This document shows, in pieces, positions 50,466 to 59,974 of a stretch of 64,000 nt of DNA (positions are counted from its first letter, which is position 1; every line of letters starts with the position of its first letter). The stretch covers positions 1,888,001 to 1,952,000 of the forward strand of contig OY764159.1 in the NCBI GenBank assembly GCA_963668175.1, in the 5' to 3' direction. The notes under the pieces are model-generated. The model had not been told where the DNA came from and searched no databases. It saw only the letters and a list, made by a program, of their open reading frames with translations. Position numbers and translations under genes: made by a program. The stretch comes from Syntrophales bacterium. GTDB taxonomy: Bacteria > Desulfobacterota > Syntrophia > Syntrophales > PHBD01.

Positions 50466-51902
50466 ATGCATCGCGAAATAAATCGAATTCGTGAGAAAAT
50501 GGGAACTGCTCCATGGCCCAAGTATCTAGCATCAGTACAGATAAGAAACCTACGAGGTTGGACAGGACAAACAACACGTTTCCCTTTCCCTGTGACAGTA
50601 GTTGTGGGCGAAAATGGTTCAGGGAAATCAACCATATTGAAAGCTGCAGCTTCCGCTTATACAAATAATATTCCAGGAAAATCATTTGCCGCAGGTACAT
50701 TCTTTCCAGATACGCCGTGGGAAACAATCACAGATGCTGTAATCACTTACGAAGTAAAGCAAGGAAACCAATCGCGCCAATTCAGTATCAGGAAACCTAC
50801 AACTCGTTGGCGTTTACCAAGTTCGGGTAGACCAAAGAGGGATGTAATCTGGCAAGATGTATCAAGAACTTTGCCATTAGATTCAACCGTAGGTTACTCG
50901 AAAATTGCCAAGAGAGCTGCTAGCGAAGTCTCATCAAATATTCTGATGCCGGATATTCATAAATATTTTTGTATGGTTTTAGGAAGACCATATGAAGAAT
51001 CCGGTTTCGCGGTAGCCAATGTAGATCAAAGTAAAAGCGTTGGGGTGGTGCGATATGGAGGTACAAGGTACTCCCAGTTCCATCAAGGGGCAGGAGAAGA
51101 CGCAACGCTTGACTTAATGTCAGTTCTTCAAAATATTCCGGAGACCGCTTTAGTAATCATTGATGAGATCGAAGCGTCTCTCCACCCCAGAGCCCAAAGA
51201 CGTTTGGTTCATTTCTTGCTGTGGCTTGCGCGCACAAAACAAATCCAAGTAATAATCTCGACCCATAGCAAATATATAATAGATGAACTTCCACCGGAAG
51301 CACGGGTCTTTCTTTCAAGGTCTGGTGAAGGCGTTGAGGTCATTTACGGCGTATCATCGAATTATGCACTTGATCGGATGGATGATATAGAGGCTCCCGA
51401 TTTATACGCTTTTTGTGAGGACAAAGAATCTTGTTGTTTGACGACGGAGTTGCTTCGCAAGGCTGGCATTGACCTGTCAAGAATACGGCCGATGGGCGTT
51501 GGACCCAATGATGTTGTCAAAGTGTTGGGCCGACTAGGCGCAGGGAACCGACTTCCAATTCCGTCAATTGGTGTTGTTGACCCGGATATGGAGGTTAGTA
51601 TCGGGTGCGTTAAAATACCGGGCATTAATGCACCTGAGCGTCAGGTTTTCCAAGATATACGCGATCATGCGATATCGATGCTGGCGAGTCGTATTGGTAT
51701 CGAAGAAGGTGTAGTAGCAGGTCATCTTGAGCAGACTATCGCAATTGAGGATCACCATGACTACCCCAAGGAATTTTCAAGATGGATCAATAGAACTCCG
51801 GAATATACGTGGGAGATTATGTGTCAAATTTGGGTTGAGAATTGTGTAAATCAAGATGCAATCGATGAATTCGCGCAGCCCTTTAATGAAAGTTTGTTCT
51901 AA
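50466..51902 (+). CDS. ABC-type (AAA_21/OLD-like) ATPase with a C-terminal TOPRIM-like domain; low GC
   Basis: GENGSGKST; IIDEIEASLHP; ISTHS; then FCED and VVDPD acidic motifs. Confidence 0.75.
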   Translation: MHREINRIREKMGTAPWPKYLASVQIRNLRGWTGQTTRFPFPVTVVVGENGSGKSTILKAAASAYTNNIPGKSFAAGTFFPDTPWETITDAVITYEVKQGNQSRQFSIRKPTTRWRLPSSGRPKRDVIWQDVSRTLPLDSTVGYSKIAKRAASEVSSNILMPDIHKYFCMVLGRPYEESGFAVANVDQSKSVGVVRYGGTRYSQFHQGAGEDATLDLMSVLQNIPETALVIIDEIEASLHPRAQRRLVHFLLWLARTKQIQVIISTHSKYIIDELPPEARVFLSRSGEGVEVIYGVSSNYALDRMDDIEAPDLYAFCEDKESCCLTTELLRKAGIDLSRIRPMGVGPNDVVKVLGRLGAGNRLPIPSIGVVDPDMEVSIGCVKIPGINAPERQVFQDIRDHAISMLASRIGIEEGVVAGHLEQTIAIEDHHDYPKEFSRWINRTPEYTWEIMCQIWVENCVNQDAIDEFAQPFNESLF

Positions 51903-52133
51903 ATAGTCTAGTTAAATAGATTTTGGTCAGATGTTTTTTATGAACTTTCTTTTCGATTCGGCCTATTCAACAGTCGTCGCGTCCTATGATCCTCGTACTA
52001 TTTCTCCCCTTGACCCTGCCGGTTTCTTTTTCTATACTCGTGATGTCGGACGAACGATTATCACGCTCGGGGGCCTCTCCGGGGCCTTTCCCCGTATCTT
52101 CAGCTTTCAAAAAGAATGTTTCAGGAGGAAGAT

Positions 52134-52550
52134 ATGCGCAGACTGAAAATGGGATATTTCCTTTTCGTGTTCCTGACGGCGGCCATGCTGACGGGCGGCG
52201 CCGCCTTTGCGGCCACGCTCGATTCCGTCACCATGTGCCAGGGCGTCGAAGGGGCCGAGGGAAATCCCGTCAAGCCTACGGACAAGTTCTGGACGTACAC
52301 CTCTGCGTTCCACGCCGTGGCAAAAATCGTCGATGCGAATACAAGCACGAAGATCGCCGCCAAGTGGATCTCCGAGGACGAGAATGGCAAGGTCATCAGC
52401 ACCGCCGAAATGAGTGTACAGCGGAAAGGCTTCATGAACGCCCATTTCGAGCTGAGCAAGCCCGACAAGGACTGGTCCGCCGGCAAATACAGGATCGATA
52501 TCTATATCGACGGCAAAAAAGCGGGCTCGGCGTCCTTCAACGTCCTGTAA
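52134..52550 (+). CDS. Exported hypothetical beta-sandwich protein
   Basis: SD AGGAGG; signal peptide ending AFA; WSAGKYRIDIYIDG. Confidence 0.7.
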   Translation: MRRLKMGYFLFVFLTAAMLTGGAAFAATLDSVTMCQGVEGAEGNPVKPTDKFWTYTSAFHAVAKIVDANTSTKIAAKWISEDENGKVISTAEMSVQRKGFMNAHFELSKPDKDWSAGKYRIDIYIDGKKAGSASFNVL

Positions 52551-52673
52551 AAGACATCCGCACTCCCGCCCGCGGTCTTCCGTCCGGCGGGATATTCGGA
52601 AGCGGCTTTGAGGCCGGAAGCCGGCAGGGCGGCGTCATCTATCCGTACGCACGATGCCGGCAGAGCCGGCGTC

Positions 52674-53234
52674 ATGGAGGCATGCGATTTGGGCGACGAT
52701 CCGAAGGTTGATACGGGCGAAAAGCCCCTGCACGTTCTTACGTACGATCCCTGGAGAATGGCCTGGCGGTTCCTGTGGCCGACGCTTCCGGGCCTTGTCA
52801 TCTTTTCCCTCGCGGTATTCTATAAATTCCAGGACGATCCGTCCGCGACGATCCTGTTCGTCCAGGGGGCCGGCATTATCCTCCTTGCCGGCACGCTCTA
52901 CATCACCTGCGACATGGCGATGACCGGCGGCTTCTACCTGTACGGCGACAGGATCGTCAAGAGGTACAGGACGGGGCAGGAAAGGAGCATACCCCTGGAC
53001 CGGGCGAAGATCAGCATCACCCAGGCGCAGATGATCGCGCAGATCCTTTTCACTTCCGCCGACAGGCCCAAACTCGTAAGCTACATCAAGGACGTCTACA
53101 TCGATGCGAAACTGGCGAAGCCCGGCGACGTCGCGGCCTTCAAGGACGCCGTGGCCGAGGTCTCCGGTCAGGACCGGCGCGATCTCGACAGGCGGTATTT
53201 CGCGGCGAAACTGATGAAGAAAAGACTCGGGTGA
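52674..53234 (+). CDS. Hypothetical two-TM membrane protein
   Basis: Two hydrophobic helices followed by a soluble domain; start uncertain. Confidence 0.6.
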   Translation: MEACDLGDDPKVDTGEKPLHVLTYDPWRMAWRFLWPTLPGLVIFSLAVFYKFQDDPSATILFVQGAGIILLAGTLYITCDMAMTGGFYLYGDRIVKRYRTGQERSIPLDRAKISITQAQMIAQILFTSADRPKLVSYIKDVYIDAKLAKPGDVAAFKDAVAEVSGQDRRDLDRRYFAAKLMKKRLG

Positions 53235-53544
53235 TCGGATCGGCCGCGAAAAGGCCGGCCTTTTCCCAAGCCTCCTCCGTAACGCGCCGGCGGGCGTCCC
53301 CGCGCACCCCTGCCGCCTTCCCGGCCCCATTCCCCGGCCTCTATAAGTTTTTCCTAACCCTTTTCTCAGTCTTTCCGAGGCGCAAAATCGGGATAATACC
53401 GATTGAGCGCCTGAGGGCCGTTCTGTCATGATAGGATACCGAACAGCCGGCAGGAGCCGTGCCTTCGCGAGCCCAAAGGCGTCCGTAACGGGACGTGTGA
53501 GGTCCGGAGGCGCGGTCCGCCGGACTTCTTTCAGGGAGGGAAAG

Positions 53545-54066
53545 ATGAAAAGAACGGCATTGGTCCTTTTCTTTATCATGACGGCCGCCGGCACCTGCGC
53601 GGCGGCAGAATTGTCCATCCCGGTGAACCTGGTGAACGAATATGGTATCGGCGAGAGCATCGGCACCGTGACAGCCTCCGATACGCCGTACGGTCTTCTG
53701 CTTACGCCGCAGCTCCGCGGTCTCGCCCCCGGCTTGCATGGGTTTCACGTCCACCAGAACGCCGATTGCGGCCTTGTCGTGAAGGACGGCAAGGCGGTCG
53801 CCGCGCTCGCCGCCGGTGGGCACTACGACCCGCTGCAGACGGGCAAACATGAAGGCCCATACGGGAAGGGGCATCTGGGCGATCTGCCCGCCCTGTATGT
53901 CGCAGCGGACGGTAAGGCGACGCTGCCGCTGTTGGCTCCGCGGTTGAAGGTTTCCGACCTCAGGGGGAAATCGCTGATGATCCATGCCGGCGGCGACAAC
54001 TATGCCGACGTCCCGGAAGCGCTGGGCGGCGGCGGCGCCCGCGTGGCCTGCGGCCCGATCCGCTGA
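53545..54066 (+). CDS. sodC: Periplasmic Cu/Zn superoxide dismutase
   Basis: [34 protein letters not shown]; signal peptide. Confidence 0.95.
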   Translation: MKRTALVLFFIMTAAGTCAAAELSIPVNLVNEYGIGESIGTVTASDTPYGLLLTPQLRGLAPGLHGFHVHQNADCGLVVKDGKAVAALAAGGHYDPLQTGKHEGPYGKGHLGDLPALYVAADGKATLPLLAPRLKVSDLRGKSLMIHAGGDNYADVPEALGGGGARVACGPIR

Positions 54067-54287
54067 CGGAACCGGGGCCATATCCCTCCGTCTCCCGCCC
54101 GAAAGTCCTTCTTCGATCGAAATCGTAACATCGCCGGAGCCGTCCTTTATTCCGGACGGATTCCGGCGCGTAAGGACGCGACGGACCCTGCCGTTTCCGG
54201 GTGCCGTATCGGATATATGCTCGTCGCAACCTGGATAAGTATTTAAATGCAGTGCGTTTATCGCGTAATTTCCATCCCTGCCCGTGC

Positions 54288-54304
54288 CTGGCACAGTTAT
54301 TGAA
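54288..54304 (+). promoter_or_regulatory. Sigma-54-like promoter
   Basis: CTGGCACAGTTATTGAA (GA instead of GC at -12). Confidence 0.5.
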
Positions 54305-54357
54305 AATCAACTCTTTCAGATGTCGGGTATTATTCTGTGCATGAAAGAGGGTAAAAA

Positions 54358-57156
54358 GTGAGCGGTTACGGGTCCGGGGAACGGACTCTGGTCCGGCGGA
54401 TGTATCATCCCCGTGTAGTAGGTTTGGGGCTTGGATTCTTCTGTGTCGCCTCGGTCTTCTACGAGCAGCCGACGCCGGTCTTATTGTGGGCCGCCCTCTT
54501 CGCCAACGGGTTCGTCTGGCCGCACCTGGCCTTCTACCTGGGAAAAACGAGCGCCAATCCCTACCTTGCCGAGAGGAGGAACGTCATGATCGATTCCTTT
54601 CTCGGCGCACTTTGGCTCCCCCTGATGTCTTTCAACATGCTCCCTTCGGCAACGCTCGTCTTTATGTTGAGTTTAGACAACATCGCCGTAGGCGGTTTCC
54701 GGCTGTTTATCAAGGGCATCCTGGCACAGGCGGCGGGGGCGCTGCTCGCGGTCCTTCTTTTCGGCTTCCATGTCCGCCCGGAATCGAATCTGCTGAACGT
54801 CCTGGCCTGCCTGCCGATGCTGGGCCTGTATCCCCTGCAGATCGGCTACGTCTCCCATCGCCTGGCGCAGAAGCTGAACCGGCAGAAGAAGGAACTGGAA
54901 GGTGTCAACGACGCGCTCCGGGAATCGAATACCAGGCTGACCGGGGCTTACGAAGATCTGCGGGAGGCCGATAGGCGCTACCGGCTCATATCGGAAAACG
55001 CGGGCGACGTCATCTGGCTCTGGGATCTGGCGAACAAGCGCTACGACTACGTGAGCCCTTCCGTTACGAAACTCAACGGTTTCACGGTGGAAGAAGTTAT
55101 GCGGCAGACCATGACCGATGCACTGCCGCCCGAGTCCCTCCGCCTTTTTATCGCGGAGATGGGCCGCCGCTTGCGGGCCCTCGAGGCGGGAGACGAGACC
55201 GCCCGCGCGCAGTCCTACGAGATGATGCATTATCGGAAAGACGGGACACTCGTGCCGACGGAAGTCATGACGACCGTCATCACCGATGCACAGGGCAAGC
55301 CGATACTCATTCAGGGCATGACCAGGGACATCAGCCGCCGCAAGCAGGTGGAGGCGCGGCTCCGGGAAAGCAATGCGCAGCTCGATCTGGCGCTGACGGC
55401 GGCGCGCATGGGGACCTGGTATTTCGATCTTGCGGAAGACAGGCGTTATCTCGACAGGAGGGCATGCGATCTCCTGGGCGTCGATCCGGAAATGTTCCAG
55501 GGGACGGTGGAGGAATTTCTGCAGGTACTGCACCCCGACGACCATAACAAGATCAGGGAGGCCATGGACCGGACCATCAAAGAAGACGTGCCTTACGAGC
55601 TTGAATACCGGATTGTCACGCCCGGCGGCATCCGCCACATCGCCGCCCGCGGCATGCCGGTCCGGGACGGTATGGGGCGGCCGGTACGGGTCAACGGCGT
55701 TCTCTGGGACGTCACGGAACGGAAGCAGACGGAAGACGCCCTCCTCGAGTCGGAAAGAAAGTTCCGGGACCTGTCCGAAAAGTCGAACGTCGGTATCTTC
55801 CTCATGCAGGACGGGTTCTTCAGATACGCAAATGCGGGATTCGCCCGGATCATCGGCTACGAAGTCGCGGATATATTAGACCACCTGACGCCGGCCGACG
55901 TGATGCACCCGGAGGACCTTCCCGTTCTGAACAAGCGCCTGAAAATGAGATTCGATGGGGAAACCATGTCGAACAGCTTTATATACAGAGCGCTCGCCAA
56001 GGGAGGCGAAGTCAGGTACGTCGAGACGTACGGATCGGTCACCTCTTTCCGGGGAAGGCCCGCCGTCATCGGCACCCTCCTCGACGTGACCGACCGCCGG
56101 CGGATGGAGGAGGCCCTCAGGGAAAGCGAAGAGAGATACCGCTCCATCTTCGAGCGTGCGACGGAAGGGATATACCAGAGTACGCCGTCAGGCCGCTTCA
56201 TCCAGGTCAATCCGGCCATGGCCAGGATCTGGGGGTACGGCTCGCCTGCCGAAATGGTCGCCGAAGCCACGGATATCGCGCAGCAGCACTATGTGGATCC
56301 CCGGGACCGGGAGCGGTTCAAAGCCGCGATCGCCGAGCACGGCAGCGTGGAAGGCTTCAAGGTCGAGATCCGCCGCCGGGACGGCGTAAGGATATGGGTA
56401 TCGCTCAACGCCAGGGCGGTTTACGACGATGCGGGCACTCTGGTCTTCTACGAGGGCACGAACGAGGACATCACCGAACAGAAGCTGATGGAGGATATGA
56501 TCAGGGAAAACGAGAGGCGCTACCGTCACCTGGTGGAGAACAGCAACGACATTATCTACACCACGGACCTCGCGGGACGGATTACCTACGTCAACCCCGC
56601 GACGGAACGGATAACGGGCTTCACCGTCTCCCAGTTGCTGGGCAAAAAGGGCCTGAGGATGATCCGGGAGGATTGCCGCGAAGAGGCGTATGTCTTTTAC
56701 AACCGGCAACTTGCGGAGGGTGTTCCCTTCACCTACAATGAATTGCCCGTCATTACCCGGGACGGGACGGAAAAATGGCTGGGACAGCAGGCCCAGATCA
56801 TTTTCGACGGGGAAAAGCCCGCCGGTTTTCAGATGACGGCGCGGGATATCACCGACCGCCTGAAAGCCGAGGACGAGCATCGCCAGCGGGAAAGACTGGG
56901 CGCGATTATCGAGATGGCCGGCGGGGTCTGCCACGAGATGAATCAGCCCCTCCAGATCATCTACGGGTTGTCGGACCTGATGAGGATGCGCACAGCCGAG
57001 GACCATCCTTTTCGCCGTCAGATCATGGCCATCAAAAAAGCCGCTGACAGGATGTCCTCTATTACGAAAAAGCTGACGGGGATTACGAAATACGAGACCA
57101 AGCCCTACGTCGGCAACGTCAGAATCGTCGACATCGACAGATCGTCGGTGAAATAA
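54358..57156 (+). CDS. MASE2 membrane sensor with five PAS/PAC modules and a terminal HisKA-like (DHp) domain, no HATPase
   Basis: AdrA-like MASE2 N-terminus; repeated PAC ends (RDIS, WDVT, LDVT, EDIT, RDIT); CHEMNQPLQ near the C-terminus. Confidence 0.85.
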   Translation: MSGYGSGERTLVRRMYHPRVVGLGLGFFCVASVFYEQPTPVLLWAALFANGFVWPHLAFYLGKTSANPYLAERRNVMIDSFLGALWLPLMSFNMLPSATLVFMLSLDNIAVGGFRLFIKGILAQAAGALLAVLLFGFHVRPESNLLNVLACLPMLGLYPLQIGYVSHRLAQKLNRQKKELEGVNDALRESNTRLTGAYEDLREADRRYRLISENAGDVIWLWDLANKRYDYVSPSVTKLNGFTVEEVMRQTMTDALPPESLRLFIAEMGRRLRALEAGDETARAQSYEMMHYRKDGTLVPTEVMTTVITDAQGKPILIQGMTRDISRRKQVEARLRESNAQLDLALTAARMGTWYFDLAEDRRYLDRRACDLLGVDPEMFQGTVEEFLQVLHPDDHNKIREAMDRTIKEDVPYELEYRIVTPGGIRHIAARGMPVRDGMGRPVRVNGVLWDVTERKQTEDALLESERKFRDLSEKSNVGIFLMQDGFFRYANAGFARIIGYEVADILDHLTPADVMHPEDLPVLNKRLKMRFDGETMSNSFIYRALAKGGEVRYVETYGSVTSFRGRPAVIGTLLDVTDRRRMEEALRESEERYRSIFERATEGIYQSTPSGRFIQVNPAMARIWGYGSPAEMVAEATDIAQQHYVDPRDRERFKAAIAEHGSVEGFKVEIRRRDGVRIWVSLNARAVYDDAGTLVFYEGTNEDITEQKLMEDMIRENERRYRHLVENSNDIIYTTDLAGRITYVNPATERITGFTVSQLLGKKGLRMIREDCREEAYVFYNRQLAEGVPFTYNELPVITRDGTEKWLGQQAQIIFDGEKPAGFQMTARDITDRLKAEDEHRQRERLGAIIEMAGGVCHEMNQPLQIIYGLSDLMRMRTAEDHPFRRQIMAIKKAADRMSSITKKLTGITKYETKPYVGNVRIVDIDRSSVK

Positions 57157-57401
57157 CCGGGAGAAAACGGATTTCTCTTCGCGAACACGGCCAATCGTTT
57201 ATCGTGTCGTCCTTCCCGCAAACATAACGGCTGCCCGTGTTTCCGGGCTGCGCCGCCGTGACCGGGATTTCTGTTGTGAATTTGCAGCCTTACTGCTTAT
57301 GCCGGCCTGTGTCGTGCGGGAAAAGGCGATTTCCGCAAGGTTTCTTACGGTCATAATGTGAACATTCCGCGAATGGGATTGCGTTTATCTGATCGCGTCG
57401 C

Positions 57402-57418
57402 CTGGCGCACAAATTGCA
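57402..57418 (+). promoter_or_regulatory. Sigma-54 promoter
   Basis: CTGGCGCACAAATTGCA (GG-N10-GC). Confidence 0.6.
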
Positions 57419-57471
57419 ATTCCGGCCGCCTCTTTTTTAGGCAATAAGCTAAAAAAACAGTCGTGGCGGCG

Positions 57472-57527
57472 TTTATCACAGTCATCAACAGCTTTATCAA
57501 CATAGATATCCACATCCCTGTGGATTG
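57472..57527. repeat. Phased DnaA-box-like repeat cluster
   Basis: TTTATCACA 57472, TCATCAACA 57482, TTATCAACA 57494, ATATCCACA 57506, inverted TGTGGATTG 57519. Confidence 0.55.
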
Positions 57528-57774
57528 AATAACCAAGTCCTTGAGCCGACGACAAAATCGTGGAAACAGAGGCGTGGCCTGCTTCTTTCCCGGCTTCCCG
57601 GAAGCGGCGTTTTGGGCCCGCCATCAGACAAATACCGATAGTCAACTGCCGTCCCCTCCTACGGAAGAAATATTTTTTTTCCCAGTTCAAATTCAGACGG
57701 AAGACGATTGTTAAAAAAAAGCCGGGAGATTAATCTATAATCGAAAGAAGAGGAAAGGAGGCAGCAGGAAGACG

Positions 57775-57927
57775 ATGACAGCAGAAATCATCGGCATCAG
57801 GACCGGCGGAAAAGTTGAGTTCAACCCTCAGGACCACATCCTGGGAAAACACACGGGCGGTCCCCGGCTGCTTCCCCGCGACAATGAAGGTAAACATCCG
57901 GACGGAACATTCATGAAGGCCTTTTAG
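57775..57927 (+). CDS. 50-aa small ORF
   Basis: Purine-rich SD region; MTAEIIGIRTGGKVEFNPQDHILGKHTGGPRLLPRDNEGKHPDGTFMKAF. Confidence 0.45.
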   Translation: MTAEIIGIRTGGKVEFNPQDHILGKHTGGPRLLPRDNEGKHPDGTFMKAF

Positions 57928-57942
57928 CGAGGAGCCGTTGTC

Positions 57943-58059
57943 ATGATAAAGGAACGTAAACCGGAAAGAAGAGAACGAGAAGGGAAATACCGGGCCTGCA
58001 AACGCGGCGGAATCTGGATAGACCCGATGAGCTTTCCCCACCTCGAAAAGATGAATTAA
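57943..58059 (+). CDS. 38-aa basic peptide with a WIDP motif
   Basis: SD GAGGAG; MIKERKPERREREGKYRACKRGGIWIDPMSFPHLEKMN. Confidence 0.55.
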   Translation: MIKERKPERREREGKYRACKRGGIWIDPMSFPHLEKMN

Positions 58060-58084
58060 CGAACGACAAGAAGGGAGAAGAGCG

Positions 58085-58183
58085 ATGAAAAAGAGAACCG
58101 TAAGGAAGATCGAAAAACCGATCGAAAAGAAAAGAATCAACAAGGGCTGGATCGATCCTACGTGCACGCCGATGGATCTGTAG
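58085..58183 (+). CDS. 32-aa basic peptide with a WIDP motif
   Basis: SD GGGAG; MKKRTVRKIEKPIEKKRINKGWIDPTCTPMDL. Confidence 0.55.
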   Translation: MKKRTVRKIEKPIEKKRINKGWIDPTCTPMDL

Positions 58184-58225
58184 GAGCCCAGAAGACTTAA
58201 CGGACACATCATTCAGCCAATGATG

Positions 58226-58268
58226 AAGGGGCGATCGGTAGCGATACTGAAAGCCCCTTTGTTATTTT
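58226..58268 (+). terminator. Intrinsic terminator with a GNRA loop
   Basis: AAGGGGC-GA-TCGGTA-GCGA-TACTGA-AA-GCCCCTT followed by TGTTATTTT. Confidence 0.7.
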
Positions 58269-58593
58269 AGATGGATTTGCCGGTTCGAACCGGCGCAGCA
58301 GAACATGTTACCCGAATATCCCCGGTGCCAGCAGCCGAAATTCCCGATACACGGGAATCGTTATTGATCGGCGGGGCGTCTTATTTATTCTCCATGATCA
58401 TCTCCGGAAGCGTCTGAGGCCGATTAGGGTTTTTCGCAGGTTTATTTCCGGAAACACCCCATAGAAAACGGCGATTCCCTATTTTACACTGTCTGCGGAA
58501 GGGCTGCCGCTTCCGTGTGCAGGCGTATCCTTGCGAAGAATCGGTTTTGACGGCAGCAGGTACGGCCATGGGCATCAATGGGAGGGGTAGACG

Positions 58594-59703
58594 ATGCATA
58601 GTCAAAAATACCTATTTGAGAGGATGCTGGCCCCTGCCGGCATCAGGATCAACGGCAACGGCCCGGCGGACATTCGGGTCAGGGACGAGAGGTTTTATGC
58701 GCGGTTGCTGCGCTACAAGAATCTGGGCCTCGGCGAATCTTACATGGAAGGGTGGTGGGACTGCCAGCGCCTGGACGAACTGATCTACAGAGTACTGACC
58801 GCAAGGATCGACAAAAAGATCGTAGGGGGCCTGAAGCTCCTTTTCCCGTCAATCGCCGCCGTCTTTCTCAACATGCAGTCGCGGATGCGGGCCTTCGATG
58901 TCGCCGAGCGGCACTACAATCTCGACAACGATCTTTTCATGTCCTTTCTCGATCCTTACAACCAATACAGTTGCGCCTACTTCGACGGCACCGGCGACCT
59001 GAACGAGGCCCAGGTAAAAAAGATGGACCTCATCTGCCGCAAACTCGACCTCAAGGCGAACGACCGCGTGCTCGACATCGGCTGCGGCTGGGGCGGACTG
59101 GCGAAATACATGGCCGAAAAGCGCGGATGCCGCGTGACGGCCGTCAATATATCGGACAGGCAGATCGAATACGCCCGCGAAACTTGCCGAGGGCTGCCCG
59201 TGGAGATCGTCAGGAAGGATTATCGCGATCTCGACGGCTGTTACGACAAGATCGTCTCCGTCGGCATGTTCGAGCACGTGGGGATGAAGAACTACAGGAC
59301 CTTCATGACGGCGGTGCACCGCTGCCTCAACGACGGCGGCATCTTCCTCCTTCACACGATCGGCAATAACGAATCGCGGATCAAGTGCGATCCCTGGATA
59401 CACAAGTATATCTTCCCGAACGGCATGCTGCCCAGTATCGCCCAGATCGGCAAGGCGGCCGAGGGGCTCTTCGTCACGGAAGACCTGCACAACCTGGGGC
59501 CGCACTATGCAAAGACGCTGATGGCCTGGCACGGGAATTTCCAGAAGGCGTGGCCGCAGCTGAAAAGCAAGCACAGCGAAACTTTCAAACGCATGTGGGA
59601 TTTCTACCTGCTGTCCTGCGCCGGGGCCTTCCGGGCGCGCGACATCCAGCTCTGGCAGTGGGTGCTGACCAGGTACGGCACGACCCAGCCCTGCTGCCGA
59701 TGA
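58594..59703 (+). CDS. cfa: Cyclopropane-fatty-acyl-phospholipid synthase
   Basis: GLGESYMEGWW, YSCAYF, VLDIGCGWG, SVGMFEHVG, YIFPNG. Confidence 0.95.
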   Translation: MHSQKYLFERMLAPAGIRINGNGPADIRVRDERFYARLLRYKNLGLGESYMEGWWDCQRLDELIYRVLTARIDKKIVGGLKLLFPSIAAVFLNMQSRMRAFDVAERHYNLDNDLFMSFLDPYNQYSCAYFDGTGDLNEAQVKKMDLICRKLDLKANDRVLDIGCGWGGLAKYMAEKRGCRVTAVNISDRQIEYARETCRGLPVEIVRKDYRDLDGCYDKIVSVGMFEHVGMKNYRTFMTAVHRCLNDGGIFLLHTIGNNESRIKCDPWIHKYIFPNGMLPSIAQIGKAAEGLFVTEDLHNLGPHYAKTLMAWHGNFQKAWPQLKSKHSETFKRMWDFYLLSCAGAFRARDIQLWQWVLTRYGTTQPCCR

Positions 59704-59722
59704 CGAATTTCCATGGAACATA

Positions 59723-59754
59723 GCGGGCCCTGCATAGGGGCCCGCTTCTTTTTT
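59723..59754 (+). terminator. cfa terminator built on the CCCTGCATAGGGG core
   Basis: GCGGGCCC-TGCATAG-GGGCCCGC followed by a T run. Confidence 0.7.
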
Positions 59755-59856
59755 CATCTCGCATCCCCCCGGGGCAAAGGCGACGCATCCCGATGCCTCC
59801 CCGTCGCGTTCCATTTTTTCCTGGGTATTTTCATAAAAATCGGGTAGTATCGCGCC

Positions 59857-59880
59857 TGCGTGCCCCCTGCATAGGGGGTT
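59857..59880. repeat. REP-like palindrome, copy 1
   Basis: TGCGTGCCCCCTGCATAGGGGGTT, identical to 63836-63859. Confidence 0.75.
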
Positions 59881-59974
59881 CAAAACCGAGTTTTTCACAA
59901 GCTGTTAGAAGGACCGTTCCGTTCGCGCGGGCGCGGGACCGGGAGACCAAAGACCCAGGGAGGAGCGGGAAGCC

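Noticed and set aside
50140..51902. Retron (ncRNA plus ATPase-TOPRIM effector)
   Set aside because: No reverse transcriptase in the window and no recognisable msr/msd layout.
44090..53234. Integron cassette array
   Set aside because: Many short co-oriented genes, but no repeated attC-like sites and no integrase were seen.
57730..58212. 160-aa hydrophobic minus-strand ORF
   Set aside because: Its Phe/Leu/Ser richness reflects the purine-rich plus strand; SDs, promoter and terminator all favour the plus strand.
57157..58593. Chromosomal oriC
   Set aside because: No dnaA, dnaN or gidA context, no perfect DnaA box and no clear unwinding element; kept only as a DnaA-box-like cluster.
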